NCBI GenBank assembly: GCA_028748975.1
Contig: JAQTPI010000002.1
Span: 51,213-115,212, forward strand
From: Patescibacteria group bacterium
GTDB taxonomy: Bacteria; Patescibacteriota; Patescibacteriia; UBA2196
Length of the DNA stretch: 64,000 bases
Direction of reading: 5' to 3'
Program-made: the position numbers and the translations under genes
The notes under the pieces: model-generated
What the model saw: only the letters and a program-made list of their open reading frames with translations
What the model was told of the DNA's origin: nothing
Databases searched by the model: none
In this document: positions 29,579-39,157 of the stretch, piece after piece
How the letters are laid out: the number at the start of each line of letters is the position of its first letter
Numbering within the stretch: position 1 is the first letter of the stretch

Positions 29579-30656
29579 ACTTAAAATTGCCATTCTTTTT
29601 GGCGGAAAATCGGTGGAGCATGAGGTTTCCATCCAGTCGGCTAAAAACGTTTTTTCGGCTTTGAATAAAAAGAAATATCTGCCGATTTTGATTTATCTTG
29701 ATAAAAATAATCACTGGTTTTTGGCAAACGAAAAATCTTTAATTAATTTTGCTTATCATTCAAAATTCAAAAATATTGGCGCGGAAGTTGCTCTAGTTCC
29801 CGGCGGTAATGGAAAAATTATTAATCTGGCCAAGCCCAGACAAACAATTAAAGTTGATGTAGTTTTTCCGGTGCTTCACGGAACTTTTGGCGAAGACGGC
29901 ACAATTCAAGGACTTTTAAAATTAGCAGGGATTCCTTTTGTCGGCGCTTCAGTTTTAGGTTCGGCCGTGGGCATGGATAAAGAAATTACTAAAAATCTTT
30001 TAAAAAATGCTGGCTTGCCAATCGGCAAATTTTTAACTTTTAGAAAAAAAGAAAAAATTAATCTGAAAGAAATAATAAAAAAATTAGGTTTGCCACTTTT
30101 TATCAAACCAGTTGCATTAGGTTCGTCTGTTGGTATAAGTAAAGCCAAGAAGGAAAAAGAATTGGCAGTGGCAATCAAAAATGCTTTTAAATATGATAGT
30201 AAAATTTTAGTGGAGGAGTTCGCGAATGGTCGTGAAATTGAGTGCGCGGTTTTGGGTAATGAAAACCCAAAAGCCTCGCCGCCGGGAGAAATTATTTCCA
30301 CTCACGAATTTTATTCTTATGAAGCAAAGTATCTGGATGAAAACGGGGCGCGATTAGCAATTCCAGCCAAACTGCCAAAAAATATAGCGGAAAAAATAAA
30401 AAAATTGGCCGTGGAGGCATTTGGGGTTTTATCTTGCGAAGGCATGGCGCGTGTTGATTTTTTTCTAAAAAAAGACGGTGAAATTTTAATTAATGAAATT
30501 AATACTATCCCTGGTTTTACTAAAATCAGCATGTATCCAAAACTCTGGCAATTAACTGGCTTGAGTTACCCACAATTAATTGATGAATTGATAGGATTAG
30601 CCAGAGAAAGATTTGAAAAAGAAAAGAAATTAGAAACAAATTTTAAACTTAAATAA
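29571..30656 (+). CDS. ddl: D-alanine--D-alanine ligase
   Basis: GGKSVEHEVS, LHGTFGEDG, GSSVG, EINTIPGFT..SMYP. Confidence 0.96.
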   Translation: MPKLKIAILFGGKSVEHEVSIQSAKNVFSALNKKKYLPILIYLDKNNHWFLANEKSLINFAYHSKFKNIGAEVALVPGGNGKIINLAKPRQTIKVDVVFPVLHGTFGEDGTIQGLLKLAGIPFVGASVLGSAVGMDKEITKNLLKNAGLPIGKFLTFRKKEKINLKEIIKKLGLPLFIKPVALGSSVGISKAKKEKELAVAIKNAFKYDSKILVEEFANGREIECAVLGNENPKASPPGEIISTHEFYSYEAKYLDENGARLAIPAKLPKNIAEKIKKLAVEAFGVLSCEGMARVDFFLKKDGEILINEINTIPGFTKISMYPKLWQLTGLSYPQLIDELIGLARERFEKEKKLETNFKLK

Positions 30657-30662
30657 AAATTT

Positions 30663-30899
30663 ATGATAGATTTTGAAAAAGAAAACAAAAGACAAGAAAG
30701 GGCGGAGAAGGCGACTGGTTTTTGTGTTACGGAAAAAGTCAAAGTGCCAAATGAGCGGGGCAAGTTTGAGGATTGGGTGGTGGCTGTTCTTGATAAAGAA
30801 ATAGAATTAGCCAAAATCGGCGACGACAGTCAAATCAGGAAAGTTTCGCCTGAAGATTTACGCGCTTGGCAAGAGCAGGCGGAGAGAAATAGAAATTAA
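30663..30899 (+). CDS. Hypothetical protein
   Basis: 78-aa ORF tightly packed between neighbours. Confidence 0.55.
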   Translation: MIDFEKENKRQERAEKATGFCVTEKVKVPNERGKFEDWVVAVLDKEIELAKIGDDSQIRKVSPEDLRAWQEQAERNRN

Positions 30900-30910
30900 A
30901 AAATAAAATT

Positions 30911-32248
30911 ATGAAAACACCATCAATGGAAAAACCAAAGTCCGTGGAAGCGGGAGTGGAAAAAGAGGCAAAAAAAGAAACCTGGGAAAGCGCCTTGGAT
31001 TCTTGGGTTGAGCAAAAAATTCAAAAAGAACTGGACCGGGTTGTGCGCGAAAAATATAAAGGCAAAAATGAAAGTGTTGTTGCCAGCATGAAAAAAGAAT
31101 GGCCCAATCGAGTGGAAGCAGAGGATAGATTAAAAGCAAAATTAAAAACTGTTTTGCCGCGGGCTTTCCATAACTTTGCAGTCCACGGCACGCCAATGGT
31201 TAATGGAGAGGGGAAAAGAATAATTTCTAAATATACGGATTTGGATGCGAAAACGTGTTTGGGGCTCATTCAGTTGGTAGAGAAAGATTTACCGATAAAA
31301 GCAAAAAATAAAATAAACTCGGAAAGAATATCACACGTGGATTTTTCCGATCGTCCGGCAGCCACCGTTCTTTTGGATGTGGGACAATATGATGGCGTGG
31401 CGCTTTTAAAAGAAGTTGATGAGGGATTGGAGACCATTGATTTGGCAGAAAAAGAAAAAATTTTACAAAAAAAGAGACATGATTTTTTCTTAAAATTAGG
31501 CTTGATTATTGATCATCACCCGGAAAGCGAAACACCATCAGCCACCGGCATGCTGTTTAAAATTCTGGATAAACTGGCGATGTTTGACGGGCAAAAAGAA
31601 ATCAGTCGGGAAGATAAAGCCAAATTAAAAAAGATGATTGAATTTGTCAATGTTGTTGACAGTAACGGTTTTCAGGCCGTTGGCGCGCCTGATCATTTCC
31701 AAAAATCAGACCGGACGCTTTTGGGCTTAAATCGTTTCCTTAATTTCAACGCTCTTTGGGACTACTTTAAAAATACCAGCGGAAATTTTACCAGAGAGCT
31801 CGGTGACGGTGAATTACAGAGATTGGGTTTAATTTATAAAGATAAAAACGGAAAAATAATTAATCGCCAGGAACAGCAAAGAAAAGTTATTGATAGTTCA
31901 CGGGAAAAAATTCAGGAATTGGAAAAAGGCGGTTTTGTGATTGAGACAAAATTTGGCAAAGTAATTATTGATATTGACAGTAAATTAGGCGGTGGAACTT
32001 TTGCTGCGCAGTCAATTGGCGCCGGTTATCTAAAATGGGATTCAAAGACAGATACTTTGTTTTTGTTTATTGATAAGGAATTGCCGGAAGATTTGTTTGA
32101 TTATGGCACGAGAGTGAGAAAATCATTGTGGGTTATGTCAGCTGGCAGTGGAAAAACAAAACTGGGTTTAAAAGGAGTGATTGAACGCTTGGGTGGCCAA
32201 GTCGCGCCTGGCAGCAAACTGGAAGAATATTTAAATCAAAATCAATAA
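30911..32248 (+). CDS. Hypothetical protein with DHH phosphoesterase-like motifs
   Basis: TDLDA, LLDVG, IIDHH, SAT. Confidence 0.55.
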   Translation: MKTPSMEKPKSVEAGVEKEAKKETWESALDSWVEQKIQKELDRVVREKYKGKNESVVASMKKEWPNRVEAEDRLKAKLKTVLPRAFHNFAVHGTPMVNGEGKRIISKYTDLDAKTCLGLIQLVEKDLPIKAKNKINSERISHVDFSDRPAATVLLDVGQYDGVALLKEVDEGLETIDLAEKEKILQKKRHDFFLKLGLIIDHHPESETPSATGMLFKILDKLAMFDGQKEISREDKAKLKKMIEFVNVVDSNGFQAVGAPDHFQKSDRTLLGLNRFLNFNALWDYFKNTSGNFTRELGDGELQRLGLIYKDKNGKIINRQEQQRKVIDSSREKIQELEKGGFVIETKFGKVIIDIDSKLGGGTFAAQSIGAGYLKWDSKTDTLFLFIDKELPEDLFDYGTRVRKSLWVMSAGSGKTKLGLKGVIERLGGQVAPGSKLEEYLNQNQ

Positions 32249-32373
32249 AAAGAATGTCATTCCGAGCGAAGCCCGCTTCGACTGCGAAGCGAGGCGAGCG
32301 ATGGAATCTCTTATAGTTAAAAGACGAGATCCTTCCCCCGCATTTGCGGGGTCAGGATGACACCACCATTAAT

Positions 32374-32964
32374 ATGAAAAACCAAAAAAGAACTATTATA
32401 TCGGTCGAAGTGTCGGCGCGGCACATCCACTTAAGCCAAAAAGATTTGGAAAAACTTTTTGGCCAGAAGTATAAATTGAATAAATTGCGCGACCTGTCGC
32501 AAAAAGGCGAATTTGCCAGTAAAGAAACGGTTTCCCTGGCTTCGCGTGTTAAGGGTTTTATTGATAAAGTTAGGGTTTTGGGCCCGGTGCGCAAGGAAAC
32601 GCAGGTGGAGCTGGCGCAAACAGACGTTATTAAATTGGGGATTGAGGCACCGCTCGCGGTTTCCGGCGATTTACAAAAAGTTAAACCGGTTTTGGAAGTG
32701 CGCGGGCCAAAAGGAAAAATTATGGCCAAGGCCATTGTGGCCAAACGGCATGTGCATTGTTCGCCAGCGGAAGCAAAAAAAATTGGTTTAAAAAACGGGC
32801 AAAAAGTTAAAATTGAAATAATGGGGGAGCGGGGATTGGTTTTTGACAACGTCGTGGTGCGCGTGGCGCCAAAAATGGTGATGTCTTGCCACATTGATAC
32901 GGATGAAGCCAATGCAGCCGGGCTTGGCAAAATTTGTGGAGTAGGAAAGTTAATTAGTTCTTAA
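32374..32964 (+). CDS. pduL: PduL-family phosphate acyltransferase
   Basis: SARHIHLS, RVLGP.R..TQVE, RHVH, HIDTDEANAA; ATG at 32374. Confidence 0.9.
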   Translation: MKNQKRTIISVEVSARHIHLSQKDLEKLFGQKYKLNKLRDLSQKGEFASKETVSLASRVKGFIDKVRVLGPVRKETQVELAQTDVIKLGIEAPLAVSGDLQKVKPVLEVRGPKGKIMAKAIVAKRHVHCSPAEAKKIGLKNGQKVKIEIMGERGLVFDNVVVRVAPKMVMSCHIDTDEANAAGLGKICGVGKLISS

Positions 32965-33189
32965 AGTTATTTAAAAGCTACGAATGTACTAATAAAACGA
33001 ATGTACGAATCCGTCGTTATCCCCTCCTTTCGAAGGAGGGGTGCGAGCGAGAGCGAGCGGGGTGGTTGTGGTGAAATACTTTTTACAACCCCTCCCTCCG
33101 ACTGCTGTCGGAGACCTCCCCTTCGAAAGGGGAGGATAACCAACGCACAATTAGTATATTCGTACGATTCGTAAATTCGTAGATATTTT

Positions 33190-34311
33190 ATGGAAACATT
33201 ACTTGTTCTCAACCTTGGTTCCACTTCCTTCAAATACGAATTATTCAATGCGGAAGATTTGGCGACCATAAATAAAGGCCAGTATGACCTACAATTAACA
33301 ATTAATAGACAACAGACAACAGACAACAGACAACCGAGCGACGAACTACAGGAAGAAGTGGACAGACTTTTTCGCGAGGTTTTACGCCAAGCTGGTGATA
33401 TTAGCGAACTAATGGCGGTTGGCCACCGCGTGGTCCACGGCGGCGACAAATTTTTTGCCACGCAGAAAATTAAGGAAAATGAAATTACGGAATTGGAACA
33501 GCTGAATTCTTTGGCGCCGTTGCACAATCCTTTCAATCTTGCCGGCATCAAGGCGGCCTTTGGCTATCTGCCAGAGACGCCAAATTTCGCTGTTTTTGAC
33601 ACGGGCTTTTTTAAAGATTTGCCGGAAGCGGCTAAAGTTTACCCGATTCCATACGAATATTATGAAAAAGGAATTCATAAATTTGGCTTTCATGGCATTT
33701 CGCATAAATTCGCAGCGGAAGAAGCAGCCAAAGAAATTAATAAGCCTTTGGAAAAAATAAATGTCATCAGCGTGCACCTCGGCGGCGGCGCTTCTGTTTC
33801 CGCCACGCACCATGGCAAACCAATTGACACCTCCATGGGTTTTACGCCAATGGAAGGACTGATGATGGCGACGCGGCCGGGCGATTTAGATCCGGGGGTA
33901 ATAATACAGATGCTCACAGATTTATTACAGATGGACACAGATACACAGATAAATGACGCAAAAACAATTATAGAAAAAATAAATTATATCTTAAATTATG
34001 AATCCGGCGTTAAAGGCATTTGCGGGCAAACCGATTATCTGGAACTTTTAAAAGCCGCGACCTTTGACCCCAGAGCCAAACTGGCTTTTGATATGTTTAT
34101 TAACCGGATTAAAAAATATATCGGCGCCTATGCCGCTTTGCTTGGCGAAGTTGATGCCCTGGTTTTCACCGGCAAAATCGGCGCGGGCAAACCGGAGACA
34201 AGAAAAAAGATTTGTGATAAAATGGGTATACTTAAAGACGTGCCAGTAATAGTGGTGGAGCCGCACGAGGAGTTGGAAATAGCGAGAGAAATTGCAAGTA
34301 AAAACAGATAG
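33190..34311 (+). CDS. ackA: Acetate kinase with two in-frame microsatellite insertions
   Basis: LNLGSTSFK, GHRVVHGG, LAPLHNP, FHGISH, HLGGGAS, TSMGFTPMEG. Confidence 0.93.
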   Translation: METLLVLNLGSTSFKYELFNAEDLATINKGQYDLQLTINRQQTTDNRQPSDELQEEVDRLFREVLRQAGDISELMAVGHRVVHGGDKFFATQKIKENEITELEQLNSLAPLHNPFNLAGIKAAFGYLPETPNFAVFDTGFFKDLPEAAKVYPIPYEYYEKGIHKFGFHGISHKFAAEEAAKEINKPLEKINVISVHLGGGASVSATHHGKPIDTSMGFTPMEGLMMATRPGDLDPGVIIQMLTDLLQMDTDTQINDAKTIIEKINYILNYESGVKGICGQTDYLELLKAATFDPRAKLAFDMFINRIKKYIGAYAALLGEVDALVFTGKIGAGKPETRKKICDKMGILKDVPVIVVEPHEELEIAREIASKNR

Positions 34312-34389
34312 ACACAGATTGAATACGGATTTTCACAGATACACAAATAATAAAATAAATCTACATAAATAAAAACAAAAAATTATTTT

Positions 34390-34809
34390 ATGGATACCGA
34401 TAATTTTTTAGAAAAAGATTTAAGTTATGAAATAGTCGGTTGTTTTTTTGATGTTAGAAACAAATATGGTTCGGCTCACAATGAAAGAGTCTATCATCGC
34501 ACGCTCGCAGAACAGTTTGATATTAAAAAAATAAAATATATTTCTGAGCCAAAAATAGAAGTTTTTTCTCTTGATACTGGGAGAGTAATTGCCCAATACG
34601 TGCCGGACTTTTTAGTGGAAGATAAAATAGTGATAGAATTAAAAGCCAAGGATTTTAATAGTAGTAAATCTTATAGACAAACATTGGAATATTTGAAGGC
34701 CTCAAAATATGAAATTGCTTATTTAGTAAATTTTGGAGAGGAAAATTTTAAACCAGTTAGATTGATTTACACAAATAATAGAAAAAATTTTATATCATTA
34801 ATTAAATAA
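34390..34809 (+). CDS. GxxExxY-family PD-(D/E)XK nuclease-like protein
   Basis: YGSAHNERVY, PDFLVEDKIVIELK, YLK, LVNFG; AT-rich; flanked by inverted CACAGAT arms. Confidence 0.85.
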   Translation: MDTDNFLEKDLSYEIVGCFFDVRNKYGSAHNERVYHRTLAEQFDIKKIKYISEPKIEVFSLDTGRVIAQYVPDFLVEDKIVIELKAKDFNSSKSYRQTLEYLKASKYEIAYLVNFGEENFKPVRLIYTNNRKNFISLIK

Positions 34810-34856
34810 AAACAGATCTGTGTATCTGTGCAAATCTGTTTTTTATCTGTGAAAAT

Positions 34857-36698
34857 ATGTTAAGTATCAAAATCGCCGGACCCGCGGGGTTCGGAATAAA
34901 AGTCACTGGTTCAATTTTAGCCAAGGTATTTTTACGCCTTGGATATTCTGTTTTTGCCTACACCGAATATCCGTCATTAATTCGTGGCGGGCATAACACT
35001 TTTCAAGTGGACGTTAATGGAGAATGTCATCCCGAGGACTCCGACATCACGTCGGAAGACGAGGGATCTCGTAAGTTTTCTGGTGTCAACTCTCCCAGCT
35101 CCAAAGTGGACATTCTCATCGCTTTGACAGGTGAAGCTATAGAAAAAGAAAAAGATAATTTAAAGAAAGACAGCCTGGTCATTTGTGATGATACATTAAA
35201 ACATGAAAGCATTAAAACATTAAAACAAAAGGGAACAAATATTATTGATATTCCCTTAATTGAATTCGCCAAAAAAAATGGCGGAGAATTAATGAAAAAT
35301 ACAGTCGCGCTTGGAGCTTTGTTTGCCATCATCGATAATGTCATTCCGAGGAGCGGGGCGACGAGGAATCTCGTCGAAACATTAAATAAAGTACTCGAAG
35401 ATACTTTTGGTCATAAGGGCGTCGTGGCAGAACAAAACGTAAAAGCAGCGGCAGAGGGCTACGAGTGGCTAAAAAACAATAAAGACAAAATAAAATCTAC
35501 GAGATCCCTCGTCATTCCGACTGCGGCCGGAACTCCTCGGGATGACATTTTACTGCTCATCTCTGGCAACCAGGCCTGCGCTCTCGGCGCCGTGGCCGCC
35601 GGCTGCCAACTCTATTCTGCCTACCCCATGACTCCGGCCACGGAAATTTTGCATTATTTGGAAGCCAAACAAAAAGAAACAAAAATGATTGTGCACCAGC
35701 CCGAAGATGAAATTGCCGCCATTCACGCCGCGCTGGGCGCTTCTTTTGCCGGCGCGAGATCCGCAGTAGGCACTTCTGGCGGCGGTTTTGCCTTAATGAC
35801 CGAGGGACTGTCCTTGGCAGGGCAATTAGAGCTTCCTTTGGTCATTTTTGAGGTTATGCGCCCGGCTCCGGCCACGGGACTACCCACCTGGACCGAACAA
35901 GGCGATTTATCTTTTGTCCTTAATGCCGGCCATGGTGATTTTGCCAGAGCAATTCTGGCTCCCGGCAATCCGGCTGAATGTTTTGAATTAACTCAAAAAG
36001 CCTTCAACCTCGCTGACCAGTTTCAAATTCCGGTTTTTGTCATGACTGATAAATTGCTTGGTGAATCATATTACACCACTGATGAAAAAATATTTAATAA
36101 TATTGAAAAAGTGAATCGGGGAAAAATTATTGGTAATCAGAAATTAGAAATCGGAAATCAGGGACTAAACGAATTATTTGCTCGCTACAAACTGGAAAAA
36201 GATGGCGTGTCACCGCGCACCATACCAGGTACTGAAGGCGGCGAATATGTTGCCAATTCTGATGAACACGATGAGTTTGGAATCTCCAGCGAAAGCGCGG
36301 AAATAAGAAAAGAACAAATGGACAAACGCCTGAAAAAACTGGCGGAATTGCAAAAAGAAATTCCTCTGCCGACTTTGTATGGCCCGAAAGACGCGAAGAC
36401 GACTTTGGTTTGCTGGGGTTCAATGCTGGGAGCTTGTTTGGATACATTAAAACATGAAAGCATTAAAGCATTAAAGCAAAATAACATAAACATCCTGCAT
36501 TTTTCCTATATTTATCCGCTGCCAATGGGATTAACGGAATTTTTAAAGAAATTTAATAATTTAGTGCTGGTGGAAAACAACGCCAGCGGCCACTTTGGCA
36601 AACTCTTGCGCCAAGAAACCGGCATAGAGATTAAAGATAAATTATTAAAGTATGATGGGAGACCTTTCTGGTCAGACGAGATAGCCAAACTTTTATAA
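34857..36698 (+). CDS. 2-oxoacid:ferredoxin oxidoreductase alpha subunit (gamma-alpha fusion) with six in-frame repeat insertions
   Basis: EYPSLIRGGH, YPMTPATE, EDEIAA, TSGGGF.LM.E, R..PATG.PT..EQ.D, KYDGRPF. Confidence 0.92.
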   Translation: MLSIKIAGPAGFGIKVTGSILAKVFLRLGYSVFAYTEYPSLIRGGHNTFQVDVNGECHPEDSDITSEDEGSRKFSGVNSPSSKVDILIALTGEAIEKEKDNLKKDSLVICDDTLKHESIKTLKQKGTNIIDIPLIEFAKKNGGELMKNTVALGALFAIIDNVIPRSGATRNLVETLNKVLEDTFGHKGVVAEQNVKAAAEGYEWLKNNKDKIKSTRSLVIPTAAGTPRDDILLLISGNQACALGAVAAGCQLYSAYPMTPATEILHYLEAKQKETKMIVHQPEDEIAAIHAALGASFAGARSAVGTSGGGFALMTEGLSLAGQLELPLVIFEVMRPAPATGLPTWTEQGDLSFVLNAGHGDFARAILAPGNPAECFELTQKAFNLADQFQIPVFVMTDKLLGESYYTTDEKIFNNIEKVNRGKIIGNQKLEIGNQGLNELFARYKLEKDGVSPRTIPGTEGGEYVANSDEHDEFGISSESAEIRKEQMDKRLKKLAELQKEIPLPTLYGPKDAKTTLVCWGSMLGACLDTLKHESIKALKQNNINILHFSYIYPLPMGLTEFLKKFNNLVLVENNASGHFGKLLRQETGIEIKDKLLKYDGRPFWSDEIAKLL

Positions 36699-36780
36699 AA
36701 ACAAAAAAAATAAGTTTATCCGCCGTAGTCCAATAGGGTTGAAAGTCCTCTATGGTTGATGGGGCGAAGGCGGATAAACA

Positions 36781-36852
36781 CAGAAAATATTAAAATATGA
36801 TGGCCGGCCGTTTTGGAGCGATGAGATAATAAAAGTAATAAGTAATAAGTAA
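36781..36852 (+). pseudogene. Second, recoded copy of the oxidoreductase alpha C-terminus
   Basis: QKILKYDGRPFWSDEIIKVISNK* versus the gene end KLLKYDGRPFWSDEIAKLL*. Confidence 0.75.
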
Positions 36853-37063
36853 CTAGTAATAAGGGAGTTGTTAGAGACCCCTCTCCTTACCAAGGAGAGG
36901 GCAGGGTGAGGTTTATACACTTCGCCGATAGGCGCATATAATTTATTATTCGTACATTCGTCCCGAGTACTCGGGATTTGTAATTCGTAGTAGGCCGCTT
37001 TAGCGGCCAAAAAAAATCCGGCCACCAGAGATACTGGCAGCCGGTAAGGAGGAGGAAATTTGT

Positions 37064-37387
37064 TTAATTGTTTTCGGAATTTTCGAAACCGAGCATTTTG
37101 CTGACGGTCTCGGCGATTCCTTTTTCCGCCCAGATCCCCACGCAGCCGGGCATTTCAAGATCTGGCCGGTGCGGGGCGTAAACTCGTACGTATTCAAGAA
37201 AGATTCCTTGAATGCCCCCTTGGCGCAGTGCCATGATTTGTTTTATAGTGTCTCCACCAACCCTGGCATTGCGCAGAAAGACAAAAGAAGCGCCCTCCAG
37301 AACATCTGTTCTGGGTTCTGGCCAAGGGTGACGGTGGCACAAGGGACAACCACCAGGTTTGCCTTCTTCTCGGCACTTTGGACACAT
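37064..37387 (-). CDS. Hypothetical protein with an N-terminal CxxC...CxxC motif
   Basis: AAGGAGG Shine-Dalgarno; own promoter and terminator. Confidence 0.55.
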   Translation of the reverse strand: MCPKCREEGKPGGCPLCHRHPWPEPRTDVLEGASFVFLRNARVGGDTIKQIMALRQGGIQGIFLEYVRVYAPHRPDLEMPGCVGIWAEKGIAETVSKMLGFENSENN

Positions 37388-37555
37388 ATACCCTCCTTAA
37401 AAGCGTTATTTGAGCTTATTTTTACCCTCTTTTTGGGGATAATATTAATTATAGCATATCTAAAAATTATTGTCAAGCGAGTTATCCACAAAAAAATGGC
37501 CGGACAACTGAATATTGTCCGGCCAAAGAGTAGTGCTTAAATTAGGATGCTTATT

Positions 37556-37738
37556 TCATCTTTTATTAATGATGGCTGAAATGTATGAAACATCAATGAA
37601 AAGACCGATAATCGTGACTATAATTAGGAGAGGAAGCCAGCTGCCTCCAATTATCACGCATAGATATATTACCAGAACGGTTCTTGGGAGAAAGAAAGCA
37701 ACAATTAACCAAAAACAGATTCCCCAAAAAGTAAACAT
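37556..37738 (-). CDS. Small membrane protein
   Basis: AGGAGG Shine-Dalgarno before ATG at 37738. Confidence 0.5.
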   Translation of the reverse strand: MFTFWGICFWLIVAFFLPRTVLVIYLCVIIGGSWLPLLIIVTIIGLFIDVSYISAIINKR

Positions 37739-37807
37739 AGTTTCCTCCTTCTTGTTTGTGTGAATGTTCAATTTAATCTAAAATAACCCTATCATATCTA
37801 AAATTTT

Positions 37808-38161
37808 ATGTCAAACCCTAAAATAGTAAAAGACAAAATTAAATTGTTGGAAATTGAAGAAATGGCAAAAAATCGTTTTGGCAACCTGGTTAAGGCCGTG
37901 GTTGATGTGGAACAAAATTTAATGGCGCTGGATGCCGAAATGCATGTGGACGAAGAACAGTTGCTTTTGAGTTCCGGTTCCAAACAAGAAAATCTTTGGG
38001 GTATAAATTTGTATCCAGAATTTTTTGGCAGGCCGGATTTTGTGGAATTTGATTCCATGATTAATCTGCGTCCCAATCAAAACAATCGCAGTCGGGGAGT
38101 GGAGAGTGTGGAAGTACAAAAAAAGATTATTGAAATTGTAAATAATTTAATAGAAAAATAG
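37808..38161 (+). CDS. DUF5674-like protein
   Basis: VKAVVDV, H.D.E..LL..GS.Q..LWG.N, SMIN.RP...NRS (family recognised from memory). Confidence 0.7.
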   Translation: MSNPKIVKDKIKLLEIEEMAKNRFGNLVKAVVDVEQNLMALDAEMHVDEEQLLLSSGSKQENLWGINLYPEFFGRPDFVEFDSMINLRPNQNNRSRGVESVEVQKKIIEIVNNLIEK

Positions 38162-38278
38162 TATCCCCTCCTTTCGAAGGAGGGGTGGCCGATCGCAATC
38201 GGCCGGGGTGGTTGTGGTAAAATGTTTTTACAACCCCTCCGCGCCTCCCCTTCGAAAGGGGAGGATAATATAACGATT

Positions 38279-38608
38279 ATGTCGCAACAACACAAACAAA
38301 TGGCCGCCGGCCGCTGGCTGGAATTTTCTTTAATGGAACAACTCGCCAACATCGGCAGTGAAATTGAACGCGCCATTAAATGGAAAAACAAAAATAATTT
38401 GCCTTATAGCCAAAGCGCTTTTGAAAGAGGATTGGAACTTTTGGATTTGACCGTGGCTGATGAAAAAAACAAAACCCGCCTGAAAGAATTATTGCGCCTA
38501 AGAGAAATGCTCGCTGATTATTTTTTCTTTAATAATGAATATAAAACAGATGACCAAAGCTGGCAAAAATATTTTTACGCCTTCAACTACGCCGCGAGAA
38601 ATAAATAA
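38279..38608 (+). CDS. Conserved hypothetical protein (helical; likely partner of DUF5674)
   Basis: GRW..FSL.EQLANIGSEIERA; ATG at 38279 after a REP doublet. Confidence 0.65.
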   Translation: MSQQHKQMAAGRWLEFSLMEQLANIGSEIERAIKWKNKNNLPYSQSAFERGLELLDLTVADEKNKTRLKELLRLREMLADYFFFNNEYKTDDQSWQKYFYAFNYAARNK

Positions 38609-38650
38609 AAAAAATCGGCTGGCCAGATGGCTGGCCAGCCGAAAGATGAA

Positions 38651-38998
38651 TTAAAACCCAAGGAGTTGTAATGTTAACTTTGCAGCATCTTCCTTTTCGT
38701 CCACTTTATGGGTTGCCCCGTGGGCCAGTAATTCGTCATTAGAACGGGGCGTACCGGAAGAGGCGATAATGATTTTTAAACCAGATCGTGATAGTTTTTC
38801 TACAAAAGGGACGGTGCTCAGTGTTTCATTGTTGATACAGGCGTCTATAATCGCCGCGGCGATGTTAAGGTTTTCTTCAAAAAAGTGATTACACTCATAC
38901 ACCCTGGTAAATCTAACGACTTCAACCTTGCCAGAAAGTATTTTGTTAATCTTTTCGAAGTAAACATCTTCATCTTCTACAACTAGTACCTTTTTCAT
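38651..38998 (-). CDS. Single-domain response regulator (receiver), paralog 1
   Basis: VLVVED, IID, IIASSG, GA...K. Confidence 0.75.
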   Translation of the reverse strand: MKKVLVVEDEDVYFEKINKILSGKVEVVRFTRVYECNHFFEENLNIAAAIIDACINNETLSTVPFVEKLSRSGLKIIIASSGTPRSNDELLAHGATHKVDEKEDAAKLTLQLLGF

Positions 38999-39157
38999 CC
39001 TATTTTCCTCCTTGGTTTTTATAGGTTAATAAATTATTTGATTAATAAATAAGTATAGCACAATTAAAATTTTCTGTCAAACCGTGGTGAAAATAGAAAC
39101 TCGTTAACCCGTTAACTCGTTAATAAAATAATAATTAATTTTTTATATATTAAATCT

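Noticed and set aside
36630-36852. Diversity-generating retroelement TR/VR pair
   Set aside because: Differences are synonymous and not adenine-specific, and no reverse transcriptase is in the window
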